Shown one piece after another: positions 37,431-46,489 of a DNA stretch of 64,000 bases. Position numbers and translations under genes: made by a program. The stretch covers positions 108,948 to 172,947 of the forward strand of contig CAVSWE010000003.1 in assembly GCA_963731595.1 (NCBI GenBank), given 5' to 3'. The number at the start of each line of letters is the position of its first letter. The first letter of the stretch is position 1. The notes beneath the pieces were generated by a model. That model searched no databases, was not told where the DNA came from, and saw nothing but the letters and a program-made list of their open reading frames with translations. This stretch comes from an uncultured delta proteobacterium (GTDB lineage: Bacteria; Myxococcota_A; Polyangia; Polyangiales; Polyangiaceae).

Positions 37431-37532
37431 GAGATTGAACAGGAAGGTCAGAAGCCGCCCACCTCGGCTCCACCAGCCACCCCCCCAAAAAATCCCTTCT
37501 GATCTTCTGATCCCCCTGTTTTTCTCTCTCTC
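37429..37532. repeat. MITE-like intergenic element copy 2
   Basis: gagagattgaacaggaaggtcagaag ... cccttctgatcttctgatccccctgtttttctctctctc. Same terminal inverted repeats as 29333-29470, different AT-rich core. Its ends overlap the TGA of 36495-37430(+) and the stop of 37531-37944(-). Confidence 0.55.
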
Positions 37533-37944
37533 AGCGGAGCGCCTCGGGGACGCGGGAGAGCGCGCCGTGGATGGCGCCGCGCAGGGCGTTTTCAGGCACT
37601 TGCGCGCTCGCGCCTTGGGCGCGGGCGTGGCCCTCGAGGATCGCGAAGAGGACGCCGCCGCTGCGTGACCTGAGCGCCGCGGACACGACGCACTCGGCTG
37701 CGCCGCGCTCGGTGTCGAGCTTCACGAGCGACACCGACAAGATCGCGTCCTTGCGCGCGCCGCGGAGATCGAGCGCGCCGATCTCCGCTTCGAGGTCGGC
37801 GCGGAGCTCCGGCGTGAGGTGCGCGGCGCCGGTCGGGAGGACCGCGACTTCGCCGAGCGAGAGGTGCCGGCTCCCGGCGTCGGCGGTCTTCGCGGACGCG
37901 AGCATGGCGACGGACAAAACGATCCCGAGCGTGGCGAGACGCAT
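37531..37944 (-). CDS. hypothetical secreted protein
   Basis: ORF 37531-37998. Second Met at 37944 gives signal peptide MRLATLGIVLSVAMLASAKTADA. Confidence 0.5.
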   Translation of the reverse strand: MRLATLGIVLSVAMLASAKTADAGSRHLSLGEVAVLPTGAAHLTPELRADLEAEIGALDLRGARKDAILSVSLVKLDTERGAAECVVSAALRSRSGGVLFAILEGHARAQGASAQVPENALRGAIHGALSRVPEALR

Positions 37945-38079
37945 GGCACTCCTCCTTGCGGCGCGGCCCAGGAGGGCAAGCGCGCCGATGATGCTCATCC
38001 GCTATCGCATCCGAGCGCGTCGGGCCAAATTCGGCGCGACTCGCGACGCGCCGACGCGTCTTTGCATTAGGATTGCCGC

Positions 38080-40466
38080 ATGCGCGCCCTGCATTTCGCG
38101 CCCCTCGTGTTTCTCTGCTTTTGCGAGTCGAACCAGGTCCCGGCCGCGGCGCGGACGTTCGATCTCGGCGACGGCACGACGGCGACGTTCGCCGGCGACG
38201 GCTCGCTGCTCGTGACGCGCGACGGCGCGCCGCTGCTCGCGTCGCCCGGCCTCGTCTCGCGCTCGCTCGACTCCGACTCGCCCGACGCGTGGCACGATCC
38301 CGCGAAGGCGAGCTACGCGTTCGAAGGGATCGACCCGCGCACCGTCGACGTCGAGAGCCCCGCGCCCGGCGTCCTCCACGTGACGACGCACGACGACGGC
38401 TCGCCGACGGCGCTCGTGCGCGTCACGCTCGCGAGCGACGACGGCTTCTACACCGGCCTCGGCGAGCGCTTCGGCCACGTCTCGGCGCGCGGACAGATCG
38501 TGCCGATGCAGCTCGAGATCGACGCGAAGTTCGAGTCGGCGACGAACGACGCGCACGTGCCCGTGCCGCTGCTCGTCTCGTCGAAAGGCTACGGCGTCTT
38601 CGTCGAGAGCCGCGAGTCGGGCGCGTTCGACGTCGCGAGCACCGACGCGGGAAAAGTCACGGCCACCTTCGAGGGCAAGGCCGAGAGCGTCTGGTTCTTC
38701 TTCGCGCGCGACCCGCTCGATGTCGTTGCAGAATACACGCAACACGTCGGCCTCCCCCGGGTCCTCCCGCGCTGGGCGCTCGGGCCGTTCTACTGGCGCA
38801 ACACGTGGGACAGCCAAGCGCAGATGATCGACGACGCCGTCATGATGCGGAACCTCCACATCCCGACGACGACCATGTGGATCGACAACCCCTGGCAGAC
38901 CTCTTACGACACGTCGGTCCCCGATCCGGCGCGCTTCCCGGACCCGCCCACCCTGATGGGCGAGCTCGCCGCGCTCGGCTACCGCGTCATGTTCTGGTCG
39001 GAGCCGTACCTCGAGAAGCCCGGCACCGGCCCCGACGACGAGGCGCGCCAGCTCTACGCCCAAGCCGCCGCGCAGCCCGACGTGCTCGTGCACCTGAAAG
39101 ACGGCTCGATCCTCGCGGCGCTCGGCTCGGACGACAAGCTCCAGTTCGGCATGATCGATTTCTCGACGGCCGCGGGCCGCGATTTTTGGGCGAGCCTCGT
39201 CTCGCGCGCGGTCGCGCTCGGCGCGAGCGGGTTCAAGCTCGACTACGGCGAGGACATCGTGCCGTCGTTCTTCAACGCGCGGCTCGGCGTCGTCTTCGCC
39301 GACGGCGAGACCGACCGCACGGCGCGCACCTACCCGCTCGGCTATCACATGGCCTACCACCAGGCGCTCGACGCGGTGCGCAGCGACGGCTTCTTGCTCG
39401 TGCGCGCGTCGAGCTGGGGCGGCGCGTCGATCACGAACGCGATTTGGCCGGGCGATCTCGACAACGATTTTCGAAATACGGCGACGACGACGGCAGCGGC
39501 ACCCTCCTCGTCGGCGGCCTCCCGTCGGCGATCGTCGCCGCGCAGACGCTCGCGGTCAGCGGCTTCCCGAGCTTCGGCTCCGACACCGGCGGCTTCCGCC
39601 ACGGCGCGCCGACGAAAGAAGCGCTCATCCGCTGGGCCGAGCACACCGCGCTCTCGGTCGTCATGCAGCTCGGCGGCGGAGGGGATACTCACGCGCCGTG
39701 GGCGTACGACGGAGAGACGGTGTCGCTCTACCGAAACCTCGCCAGCCTGCACACTCGGCTCGAGCCGTACCTTTCGTCCATCCTGCGCGAGGCGGAGACG
39801 AAGGGCACGCCGACGATCCGTCCGCTGCCGCTGGCGTTCCCGAGCGATCCGGGCGCGGCGGCGTTCGCCGACGACGAGTACATGCTCGGCCCCGATCTGT
39901 TCGTCGCGCCGGTCACGACGGCGGGCGCGAGCGATCGCATGGTGCATTTCCCGCCCGGCGACTGGGCGAGCTTCACGCTGAACACGATCGTCAGCGGTCC
40001 GGTCGAAGAGAAGTGGGTCGCGCCGCTCGGCACGCCGATCCTCTTCGGGCGGGTCGGCGCGCTCCTTCCGATGCTCGCCGCCGACGTCGACACGCTCACC
40101 GACGCGACCGCGCCGGCGGTCGTCCGCGCCGCCGATCGTCCGACGCTCGAAGCGCGAGGCTGGCCGCGCGGCCCCGCGAGCGCGACGTTCGACGACGGCT
40201 CGCAAATCGCGATCGACGACACCTCGCAAGGCGTCAGCGTCACCTTTCTTCCGGGCGCCTTCGGCCAGGCGATCGTGTGCACGCTCGACTTGAAATCGCG
40301 CCAAGGCAAGACCTCGCAGCTCACGCACGTCTTCTCGGGCGCGACCGAGCTTCCGTCGGTCACGAGCGAGGCCGACGTGCGCGCGTCGAGCGGCAGCACG
40401 TATTTTCTCGACGGCGACTCGATCGTGCTGCGCCTCGCCGGCGCGCAAACCGCGTGGATCGAATGA
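38080..40466 (+). pseudogene. glycoside hydrolase family 31 (alpha-glucosidase/xylosidase-like), frameshift near 39470
   Basis: ORF 38080-39981 carries the N-terminal beta-sandwich and the start of the catalytic barrel (…MFWSEPY…GFKLDYGED…WPGDLDNDF), then turns Arg/Ser-rich. The -1 frame (ORF 38073-40466) continues as GH31 (…GLPSAIVAAQTLAVSGFPSFGSDTGGF…) to the stop at 40466. The shift maps to the gattttcgaaa homopolymers at 39468-39476. Confidence 0.7.
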
Positions 40467-41650
40467 TCGACCTCACGGGCAAGCTGCTCGGCGGCCGTTA
40501 CCGCGTGGGGCAAAAGCTCGGCGAGGGCGGCATGGGCGCGGTCTACGAGGGCGTGCAGGAGGATCTCTCGCGCGCCGTCGCGCTCAAGATCCTGCACCCG
40601 CACCTCGCGACCGACGAAGAGCTCCGCGGCCGATTCCGGCGCGAGGCCCGCGTGGTGGCGCGCCTCGGTCACCCGAACGTCGTTCAAATCAGCGATTTCC
40701 AGGTCAACGACGGCGAGCCGCCGTTCCTCGTCATGGAGCGTCTGCACGGCGAGAGCCTGCGCGATCTCTTGAAGCGCTTCTCACGGCTGCCGCCCGAGCG
40801 CGTCGCGTACATCGCCGTGCAAGTGCTCTCGGCGCTCGAGGCCGCGCACCGCGCGAACGTGGTCCATCGCGACGTGAAGCCGGACAACATTTTCCTCGAG
40901 CGCACGAGCGTGCAGGCCGACATCGTCAAGGTGCTCGACTTCGGCGTCGCCAAGCTGCTCGACGACGAGGCCGCGGGGCCGAAGCTCACGCGCGCCGGTC
41001 TCGTCGTCGGGACGCTCGCGTACATGGCGCCCGAGCAGGCGCTCGGCGATCCGATCGACGGGCGCGCCGATCTCCATTCGCTCGCCGCGGTGATGTACCT
41101 CGCGCTCGCCGGCAGAAAGCCGTTCGACGGCCCGACCACGGCGACCCTGCTCCAGGCGATCCTGAACGAGCGTCCGCCGCCGCTCGTCTCGGTTCGGCCG
41201 GAGGTGGGGCCGGGGCTCTCGGCGATCGTCGATCGCGCGCTCGAGAAGCGCCCCGAAAATCGCTTCGAATCGGCCGCCCAGATGGCGCGCGCGCTCGCGC
41301 CGCACGCGCGCGCCACCCGGCTCGACGACGAGCCCGCGCCGACTCCGGTCATGACGCTGCGCACGCCGACCTCCATCTCCGCGATCGCGCTCCAGCCGGA
41401 GCCGCCGCCGAAGACCGTCGCGATGACCGCGTTCGACCCGTCGACGACGCTCCCTCTCACGCAGCGATCGTCGTCGCACCCGCCGCCAATCGCGCCGACC
41501 GTCCCGATGACCGCGTTCGCGCCCGGGCCGTCGCGCTCGGCGGCGCCGTGGATCGCCTCGATCGTCGTCGTCGTGGTCGTCGTCCTCGTCGCGGGCGTCG
41601 CGGTGGTCGTGATGCTCCACCCGTGGCACGGCGTCATGGGCTCGAACTGA
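40463..41650 (+). CDS. Ser/Thr protein kinase with C-terminal transmembrane helix
   Basis: ATG 40463 overlaps the GH31 stop (ATGA). Hanks motifs LGEGGMGAVY, ALKIL, HRDVKPDN, DFG, APE. Pro-rich linker and hydrophobic C-terminus (ASIVVVVVVVLVAGVAVVV). C-terminal part of ORF 39698-41650. Confidence 0.8.
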   Translation: MIDLTGKLLGGRYRVGQKLGEGGMGAVYEGVQEDLSRAVALKILHPHLATDEELRGRFRREARVVARLGHPNVVQISDFQVNDGEPPFLVMERLHGESLRDLLKRFSRLPPERVAYIAVQVLSALEAAHRANVVHRDVKPDNIFLERTSVQADIVKVLDFGVAKLLDDEAAGPKLTRAGLVVGTLAYMAPEQALGDPIDGRADLHSLAAVMYLALAGRKPFDGPTTATLLQAILNERPPPLVSVRPEVGPGLSAIVDRALEKRPENRFESAAQMARALAPHARATRLDDEPAPTPVMTLRTPTSISAIALQPEPPPKTVAMTAFDPSTTLPLTQRSSSHPPPIAPTVPMTAFAPGPSRSAAPWIASIVVVVVVVLVAGVAVVVMLHPWHGVMGSN

Positions 41651-42218
41651 CGAAGAGCACGCGCGTCCACAAATCGAGCAGCTCTTCGCGGCCGACGTCG
41701 CGTCGCTCGAGCCACTCGAGCGCGGTCGCCTCGACGAACCCGATCCATCCGCGCACGGCGAGCCGGAGCCGTGGCGAGATCGCGGAGCGGAGCTCCGGCG
41801 CGGAGAAGAACCGCTCCACGAACTCGGCGCGCGTCTTCTCGATCACCGCGGCGACTTGTTTGTCGGCCCCGACGCCGCCGCGCATGAGCGCGCCGTACGC
41901 GCGCGCGTGCTTCTCGACGAACGCGAGGTACCCGGAGAGCCCGCGGCGCAAGCGCTCCTCGGGCGGCGCGGACTCGTCGGGCTCGGTCTCCGCCAGGAGC
42001 TGCCTCGCCGCCTCGCGGAGCACCGCGACGTAGAAGTGCCGCTTGGTCGGAAAGTAGTGGTAGACGAGGCCCTTCGAGATCCCCGCGGCGCGCGCGAGAT
42101 CTTCCATCGAGACCTCGTCGTACGGCCGCGACGCGAACACGCCGAGCCCGAGCGCGAGCAGCTGCGCGCGGCGCTCGTCGGTCTCCATGCGCGCACGTTT
42201 CGGCACCTTCGCCAGCAT
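41634..42218 (-). CDS. TetR/AcrR family transcriptional regulator
   Basis: ORF 41634-42218. N-terminal HTH signature (DEVSMEDLARAAGISKGLVYHYFPTKRHFY). Alternative start at Met 42188. The 3' end overlaps convergent kinase gene by ~17 nt. Confidence 0.8.
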   Translation of the reverse strand: MLAKVPKRARMETDERRAQLLALGLGVFASRPYDEVSMEDLARAAGISKGLVYHYFPTKRHFYVAVLREAARQLLAETEPDESAPPEERLRRGLSGYLAFVEKHARAYGALMRGGVGADKQVAAVIEKTRAEFVERFFSAPELRSAISPRLRLAVRGWIGFVEATALEWLERRDVGREELLDLWTRVLFVSSSP

Positions 42219-42237
42219 ACACGCTGCGGCGAGCTTA

Positions 42238-42252
42238 TTGACTTTGATTCAA
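42238..42252. promoter_or_regulatory. candidate TetR operator (imperfect inverted repeat TTGACT-ttg-ATTCAA)
   Basis: AT-rich 54-bp divergent intergenic region between the TetR gene and the hydrolase gene contains ttgactttgattcaa, with half-sites TTGAcT / aTTCAA. Confidence 0.3.
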
Positions 42253-42272
42253 CAAGACATCATCGTTCTCTC

Positions 42273-43109
42273 ATGCAGCTCGAGCGCGCGTCCGTGAAGT
42301 CGCCGAAGGTCCCTCGAGTCCGAAACCCCGGCGTCGACGTGACCGGCGTGCCGCGTCACTGGTTCGGCGGCAACGTCGTCGCGACGCACGTCGCCAACGG
42401 CGTGAACATGCTCTTCCCCGCGGGCGAGCGCTTCTTCGTCCGCTCCGTCCGTCATTACCTCGATCGCGTCGACGACGAAGAGCTCCGCGCGCGCGTGCGC
42501 GGCTTCTTCGGCCAAGAGGGGCGTCACGCGAAAGAGCACGACGACTACAACCGCGTCCTCGAGTCGCAGGGCTACGAGGTCGAGCGCTTCTTGCGGCTCT
42601 ACGAGCGCATCGCCTTCGGCTTCATCGAGCGCGTCTCGCCGCCCGCGCTCCGCCTCGCGGCGACGGCCGCGTGCGAGCACTTCACCGCGATCCTCGCCGA
42701 GAACGCGCTCTCCATGCGCTTCCTCGACGTCGCCGACCCGCGCATGCGCGCGCTGCTCTTGTGGCACGCGTGCGAAGAGATCGAGCACCGCGACGTCGCG
42801 TTCGACGTGCTCCAACGCGTGGACCCGAGCTACGCGCTGCGCGTCGCGGGGCTCGCGGTGGGCGGCGCGTGCCTCGCGAGCTTCTGGGCTGCGGGGAGCC
42901 TCCATCTCCTCGCGCAGGAGCGCAAGGAGCAGGGCACGCGCGGCCTCTTCCGCGGCTGGAAGCAGCTCCGCGAGCACCGTGCGAATTTCAGCGGCCGAAA
43001 ACCGGTCTTCGCGCTCGGCATCCGCCAATACCTGCGCCGCGACTTTCACCCGTCGCAGAACGATTTGGACGCGCTCGCCGACGCGTACTTGCGCGAGGCC
43101 GGTCTCTGA
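42273..43109 (+). CDS. predicted metal-dependent hydrolase (COG3687-like)
   Basis: C-terminal 278 aa of ORF 41856-43109 from ATG 42273 (MQLERASVKSPKV...). His/Glu-rich motifs (FGQEGRHAKEHDDYN, WHACEEIEHRD). Divergent from the TetR gene. Confidence 0.6.
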   Translation: MQLERASVKSPKVPRVRNPGVDVTGVPRHWFGGNVVATHVANGVNMLFPAGERFFVRSVRHYLDRVDDEELRARVRGFFGQEGRHAKEHDDYNRVLESQGYEVERFLRLYERIAFGFIERVSPPALRLAATAACEHFTAILAENALSMRFLDVADPRMRALLLWHACEEIEHRDVAFDVLQRVDPSYALRVAGLAVGGACLASFWAAGSLHLLAQERKEQGTRGLFRGWKQLREHRANFSGRKPVFALGIRQYLRRDFHPSQNDLDALADAYLREAGL

Positions 43110-43116
43110 AGCGTCG

Positions 43117-43689
43117 TCAGGGCCGTTGCAGCGCGCCGATTTTGTGGAGCCAGTCGGCGAGCTCGTCGGCGTGCTCCTCTTCGACCGCGAGGATCTCCTC
43201 CATCATGCGGCGTGAAGTGGGGTCGCCGTTGCCGAGGAAGCGGATGATCTCGCCGTACGTCTCGATCGCGATGCGCTCGGCCACGAGGTCCTCGCGGAGC
43301 ATCTCCTCGAGGGTGTCGCCCGCGCCGTACTGCGCGTGCGCGCGCGTCGTGATGCCCTCGGGGTCGTAGTTGGGTTTGCCGCCGAGCTGCGTGATGCGGT
43401 GGGCGACGCGGTCGGCGTGGTCTTGCTCTTCGGTCGCGTGCTGCGCGAGCTCCTTCACGATCGCCTCGCCCGCGATGCCCGCGACGCGCGGCGCCATCGC
43501 CGCGTGGCGCTTGTACCGCAGGTAGCAGACGATCTCGGTCGCCAGCACTTCGTTCAAGACGTTGCAGACCGTCCCGACGTCCGCGCCGTACGACTCGGTG
43601 ACCGCGCCTTGCTCGATGTGCCGGCGCGCGCGCTCGCGAATTTTCTCGACGTCGACGGCGAAGCCGTGACCGTTGGTCGTGTTGGCCAT
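43117..43689 (-). CDS. ferritin-like diiron protein (bacterioferritin-related)
   Basis: C-terminal 190 aa of ORF 43117-43980 from ATG 43689. Ferritin-like ExxH pairs (ELAQHATEEQDHADR, MMEEILAVEEEHADEL) and LNEVLATEIVCYLRY helix. Longer N-terminus than canonical Bfr. Confidence 0.6.
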   Translation of the reverse strand: MANTTNGHGFAVDVEKIRERARRHIEQGAVTESYGADVGTVCNVLNEVLATEIVCYLRYKRHAAMAPRVAGIAGEAIVKELAQHATEEQDHADRVAHRITQLGGKPNYDPEGITTRAHAQYGAGDTLEEMLREDLVAERIAIETYGEIIRFLGNGDPTSRRMMEEILAVEEEHADELADWLHKIGALQRP

Positions 43690-43955
43690 CACGCCACCCC
43701 CGGGTGAAAGTCGAGGTCGCGGGGCCCTTGCGGCTCTTCGCCCTTCGCCTGAACCTCTTGCTGGAGGTCGACGCGGACGATCACCGGCGACGATGGAGGC
43801 GCGACGGCCTCGACGTGCGCCATGCGCTCCTCGAGCGCGCGGCGCAGTGACGAAACTGCGCGGTCGACGGTCGGCCCCATGGCCTCCACTCCGAGCTCTT
43901 CGCACGATGCCCGGTAGCCGCCGTCGACCCGCTCGATGATGTATCGGATGGTCAT
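43689..43955 (-). CDS. UPF0150 / HicB-like small protein (88 aa)
   Basis: ORF 43689-43955. High GC3. N-terminus MTIRYIIERVDGGYRASCEELGVEAMGPTVDRAVSSLRRALEE resembles HicB-antitoxin-like fold proteins. No HicA partner is present. The stop shares one nt with the start of the ferritin-like gene (TGATG). Confidence 0.45.
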   Translation of the reverse strand: MTIRYIIERVDGGYRASCEELGVEAMGPTVDRAVSSLRRALEERMAHVEAVAPPSSPVIVRVDLQQEVQAKGEEPQGPRDLDFHPGVA

Positions 43956-44004
43956 GCCGCCGAAGGCTTGCAGTCGTCATGCCCGCCTTCGGCGGCGTTT
44001 CGGG

Positions 44005-44169
44005 TCAGGTCGGCACGCGACGGTTGAAGACGAGCGACAGCACGGCCAAGGCGAGGAACACGAAGAACAGAACCTTCGCGATTCCGGCCGCGCCGGCTGC
44101 GATTCCGCCGAATCCGAAGATCGCGGCGACGATGGCGATGACGAAAAAAACGGCTGCCCAATACAGCAT
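44005..44169 (-). CDS. DUF1328-family small membrane protein (54 aa), not in ORF track
   Basis: Hand translation of the minus strand gives [54 protein letters not shown] with stop TGA at 44005-44007. High GC3. Matches the DUF1328 pattern (…LGFGGIAG…AKILFFVFL…). Confidence 0.6.
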   Translation of the reverse strand: MLYWAAVFFVIAIVAAIFGFGGIAAGAAGIAKVLFFVFLALAVLSLVFNRRVPT

Positions 44170-44496
44170 GAGAATGTCCTTTCAATTTCCTCCAGACGCC
44201 GAGGACTTCTGCACCGGCCATGCCCGACGACGCGTTCGACGCCCCACTCGATCACTGTTCAGCCACGTTCGTGGCGAAAAGCCACGCATCGGCTTGCACG
44301 GCCCAGCGGGCCGTCGTCGCGACGACGTCGGCGGCGGGCACCGCTCGAATCACGGTGTGCGCGAACCATCGACGGGCGCCCGTGCGCGGCGCGCGTGTGT
44401 GCGGCCGTAGCGTTCCACCCCAACCGCTCCGCACACCGAATGCACAGATGCCGTGGAAACCGGTCGCCGCAGCCGCGTCGGGTGCCACGGGCAGGA

Positions 44497-44512
44497 TGGC
44501 ACACACCGTGCA
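44497..44512 (+). promoter_or_regulatory. candidate sigma54 (-24/-12) promoter
   Basis: TGGCAC-acacc-gTGCA with correct GG...GC spacing, ~35 nt upstream of ATG 44547. Confidence 0.3.
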
Positions 44513-44546
44513 CTCGCTGGCTCCGCAAAAGCGCGGGAAAGGAAAC

Positions 44547-46052
44547 ATGCAAGCGAACATCCTGCTCATCGACGACGACGCCGGTCTCTGCGATCTACTC
44601 GCGAACGATCTCGAAGCCCGCGGGCATCGAGCGCGTCGCGCGCACTCCGCAGAGGACGGCCTTCGCCTTCTGAGTGAAGACAACTTCGACGTCGTCGTGA
44701 CCGACGTGAACATGGGAGGGATGAGCGGAGTCGATCTCTGCCGCCATGTTCGCGCGCGCCACGAAGACCTACCGGTCGTCGTGATGACGGCGTACGGCAC
44801 GCTCGAATCCGCCATCGCGGCGATTCGCGCGGGCGCGTACGACTTCATCACGAAGCCCTTCGAGTTCGATCACTTCTCGCTCGTCATCGATCGGGCGCTC
44901 GGCCTGCACGCGCTCCGGCGCGAGGTCGCGCGGCTGAAATCGGGCGCGCAAGAAGAGAGCGCGGCCATCGCGCCGGACCTCCAAGGGCGGTCGCCTGCCC
45001 TCGAGCGCGTGCGCGATCTCATCGCGCGCGTCGCCGACACGGAGTCGACGATCCTCATCACCGGCGAGAGCGGCACGGGCAAAGAGCTCGTCGCGAAGGC
45101 CATCCACGACGCGAGCGGCCGAAAAGCGGGCCAGTTCGTGGCGATCAACTGCGCGGCGATGCCCGAGACGCTCCTCGAGAGCGAGCTCTTCGGACACTCG
45201 CGCGGCGCGTTCACCGACGCCAAAGCTCCGCGAACGGGCCTCTTCGTCCGCGCGAACGGCGGCACGGTCTTCCTCGACGAAATCGGCGAGATGCCGGCCG
45301 GCATGCAGGCGAAGCTGCTCCGCGCGCTCCAAGAGCGTCGCGTGCGGCCCGTCGGCAGCGACACCGAGGTCGAGTTCGACGCGCGCATCATCACCGCGAC
45401 GCACCGCGATCTCGAGACGGAGGTGAACGAGAAGAAGTTCCGCGAGGACCTCTTCTACCGCATCAACGTCGTGCGCATCCACGTGCCGCCGCTCCGCGCG
45501 CGCGGCAACGACACGCTGATCCTCGCCCAGCGCTTCCTCGAGAAGCTCGCGGTCACCTCCAAGCGCGAGGTGAAGGGCATGAGCGCGGCGGTCGCGCAGA
45601 AGCTCCTCGCGTACCCGTGGCCGGGCAACGTCCGCCAGCTCCAGAACTGCATCGAGCGCGCGGTGGCCGTCGCACGAGGGAAAGAGATCGCCCTCGAGGA
45701 TCTCCCCGACGACGTGCGCGACTACCAACCGTCGAAGGTCGACCTCGTCGGCGTGGACACGAACGACGCGATCACCGCGATGCCGACGATGGACGAGATC
45801 GAGCGGCGCTACATCCGTCAGGTCCTCGGCGCGGTCGCCGGGAACAAGACGCTCGCGGCGCAGATCCTCGGGTTCGACCGCCGCACGCTCTACCGCAAGC
45901 TCGATCGCATGAACGAGCAGAACGCGGCGGCGCGTCCGCAGTCGCAGTCCTCGACGCCCGCGTCGATGACGCCGAGCTCGTCCAGCGCGCAGCAGGGCGG
46001 CTCGTCCGGGCAAAACGGCGATCACAAATCGGTGCCGCCGGCGACGGCGTGA
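44547..46052 (+). CDS. sigma54-dependent Fis-family response regulator (NtrC-like: REC-AAA-HTH)
   Basis: C-terminal 501 aa of ORF 44220-46052 from ATG 44547 (GGGAAAGGAAAC upstream). Receiver domain (LLIDDD...D-V...TD). Sigma54 activator motifs GESGTGKE, GAFTDA, ESELFGH. C-terminal Fis-type HTH. Confidence 0.85.
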   Translation: MQANILLIDDDAGLCDLLANDLEARGHRARRAHSAEDGLRLLSEDNFDVVVTDVNMGGMSGVDLCRHVRARHEDLPVVVMTAYGTLESAIAAIRAGAYDFITKPFEFDHFSLVIDRALGLHALRREVARLKSGAQEESAAIAPDLQGRSPALERVRDLIARVADTESTILITGESGTGKELVAKAIHDASGRKAGQFVAINCAAMPETLLESELFGHSRGAFTDAKAPRTGLFVRANGGTVFLDEIGEMPAGMQAKLLRALQERRVRPVGSDTEVEFDARIITATHRDLETEVNEKKFREDLFYRINVVRIHVPPLRARGNDTLILAQRFLEKLAVTSKREVKGMSAAVAQKLLAYPWPGNVRQLQNCIERAVAVARGKEIALEDLPDDVRDYQPSKVDLVGVDTNDAITAMPTMDEIERRYIRQVLGAVAGNKTLAAQILGFDRRTLYRKLDRMNEQNAAARPQSQSSTPASMTPSSSSAQQGGSSGQNGDHKSVPPATA

Positions 46053-46067
46053 CCCTATCTTGATCGC

Positions 46068-46478
46068 GTGAGCGCGATCGAGCGTCCGGTGGTGCTGTTC
46101 GACGGCATCTGCAACCTCTGCAGCGGCTTCGTTCGGTTCATCGTCGAGCGCGACCCCGCGGCCCACTTCCGATTCGCATCGCTGCAGTCGGAGGCGGGCC
46201 GCGCGCTCATGAGGGAGCACGGCCTCGAGATCGGCGAGGTCGACCCGACCAGCGTCGTCCTCGTCGAGGACGGGCGCGCCTACCAGCGCTCGACGGCCGC
46301 GCTGCGGATCGCGCGTCGCCTTCGTTTTCCTTGGCCGCTCTTCGCCGCGTTCGTGGTCGTCCCGCGCTTCGTGCGCGACGTCGTCTACGACTTCGTCGCG
46401 CGCCACCGGTACCGCTGGTTCGGGAAGAAAGACGTGTGCATGGTGCCGACGCCGGAGCTTCGCGCGCGCTTCTTGTGA
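46068..46478 (+). CDS. thiol-disulfide oxidoreductase DCC family (DUF393)
   Basis: ORF 46068-46478 (GTG start). N-terminal VLFDGICNLCSGFVRF CxxC motif typical of DCC1-like proteins. Confidence 0.7.
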   Translation: MSAIERPVVLFDGICNLCSGFVRFIVERDPAAHFRFASLQSEAGRALMREHGLEIGEVDPTSVVLVEDGRAYQRSTAALRIARRLRFPWPLFAAFVVVPRFVRDVVYDFVARHRYRWFGKKDVCMVPTPELRARFL

Positions 46479-46489
46479 CCGAATTTGAT

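Noticed and set aside
43977-44410. ORFs 43952-44221 (-), 43977-44255 (-), 43979-44410 (+)
   Set aside because: Wrong frames over the DUF1328 gene and the AT-richer promoter region. Arg/Ser-rich and low GC3.
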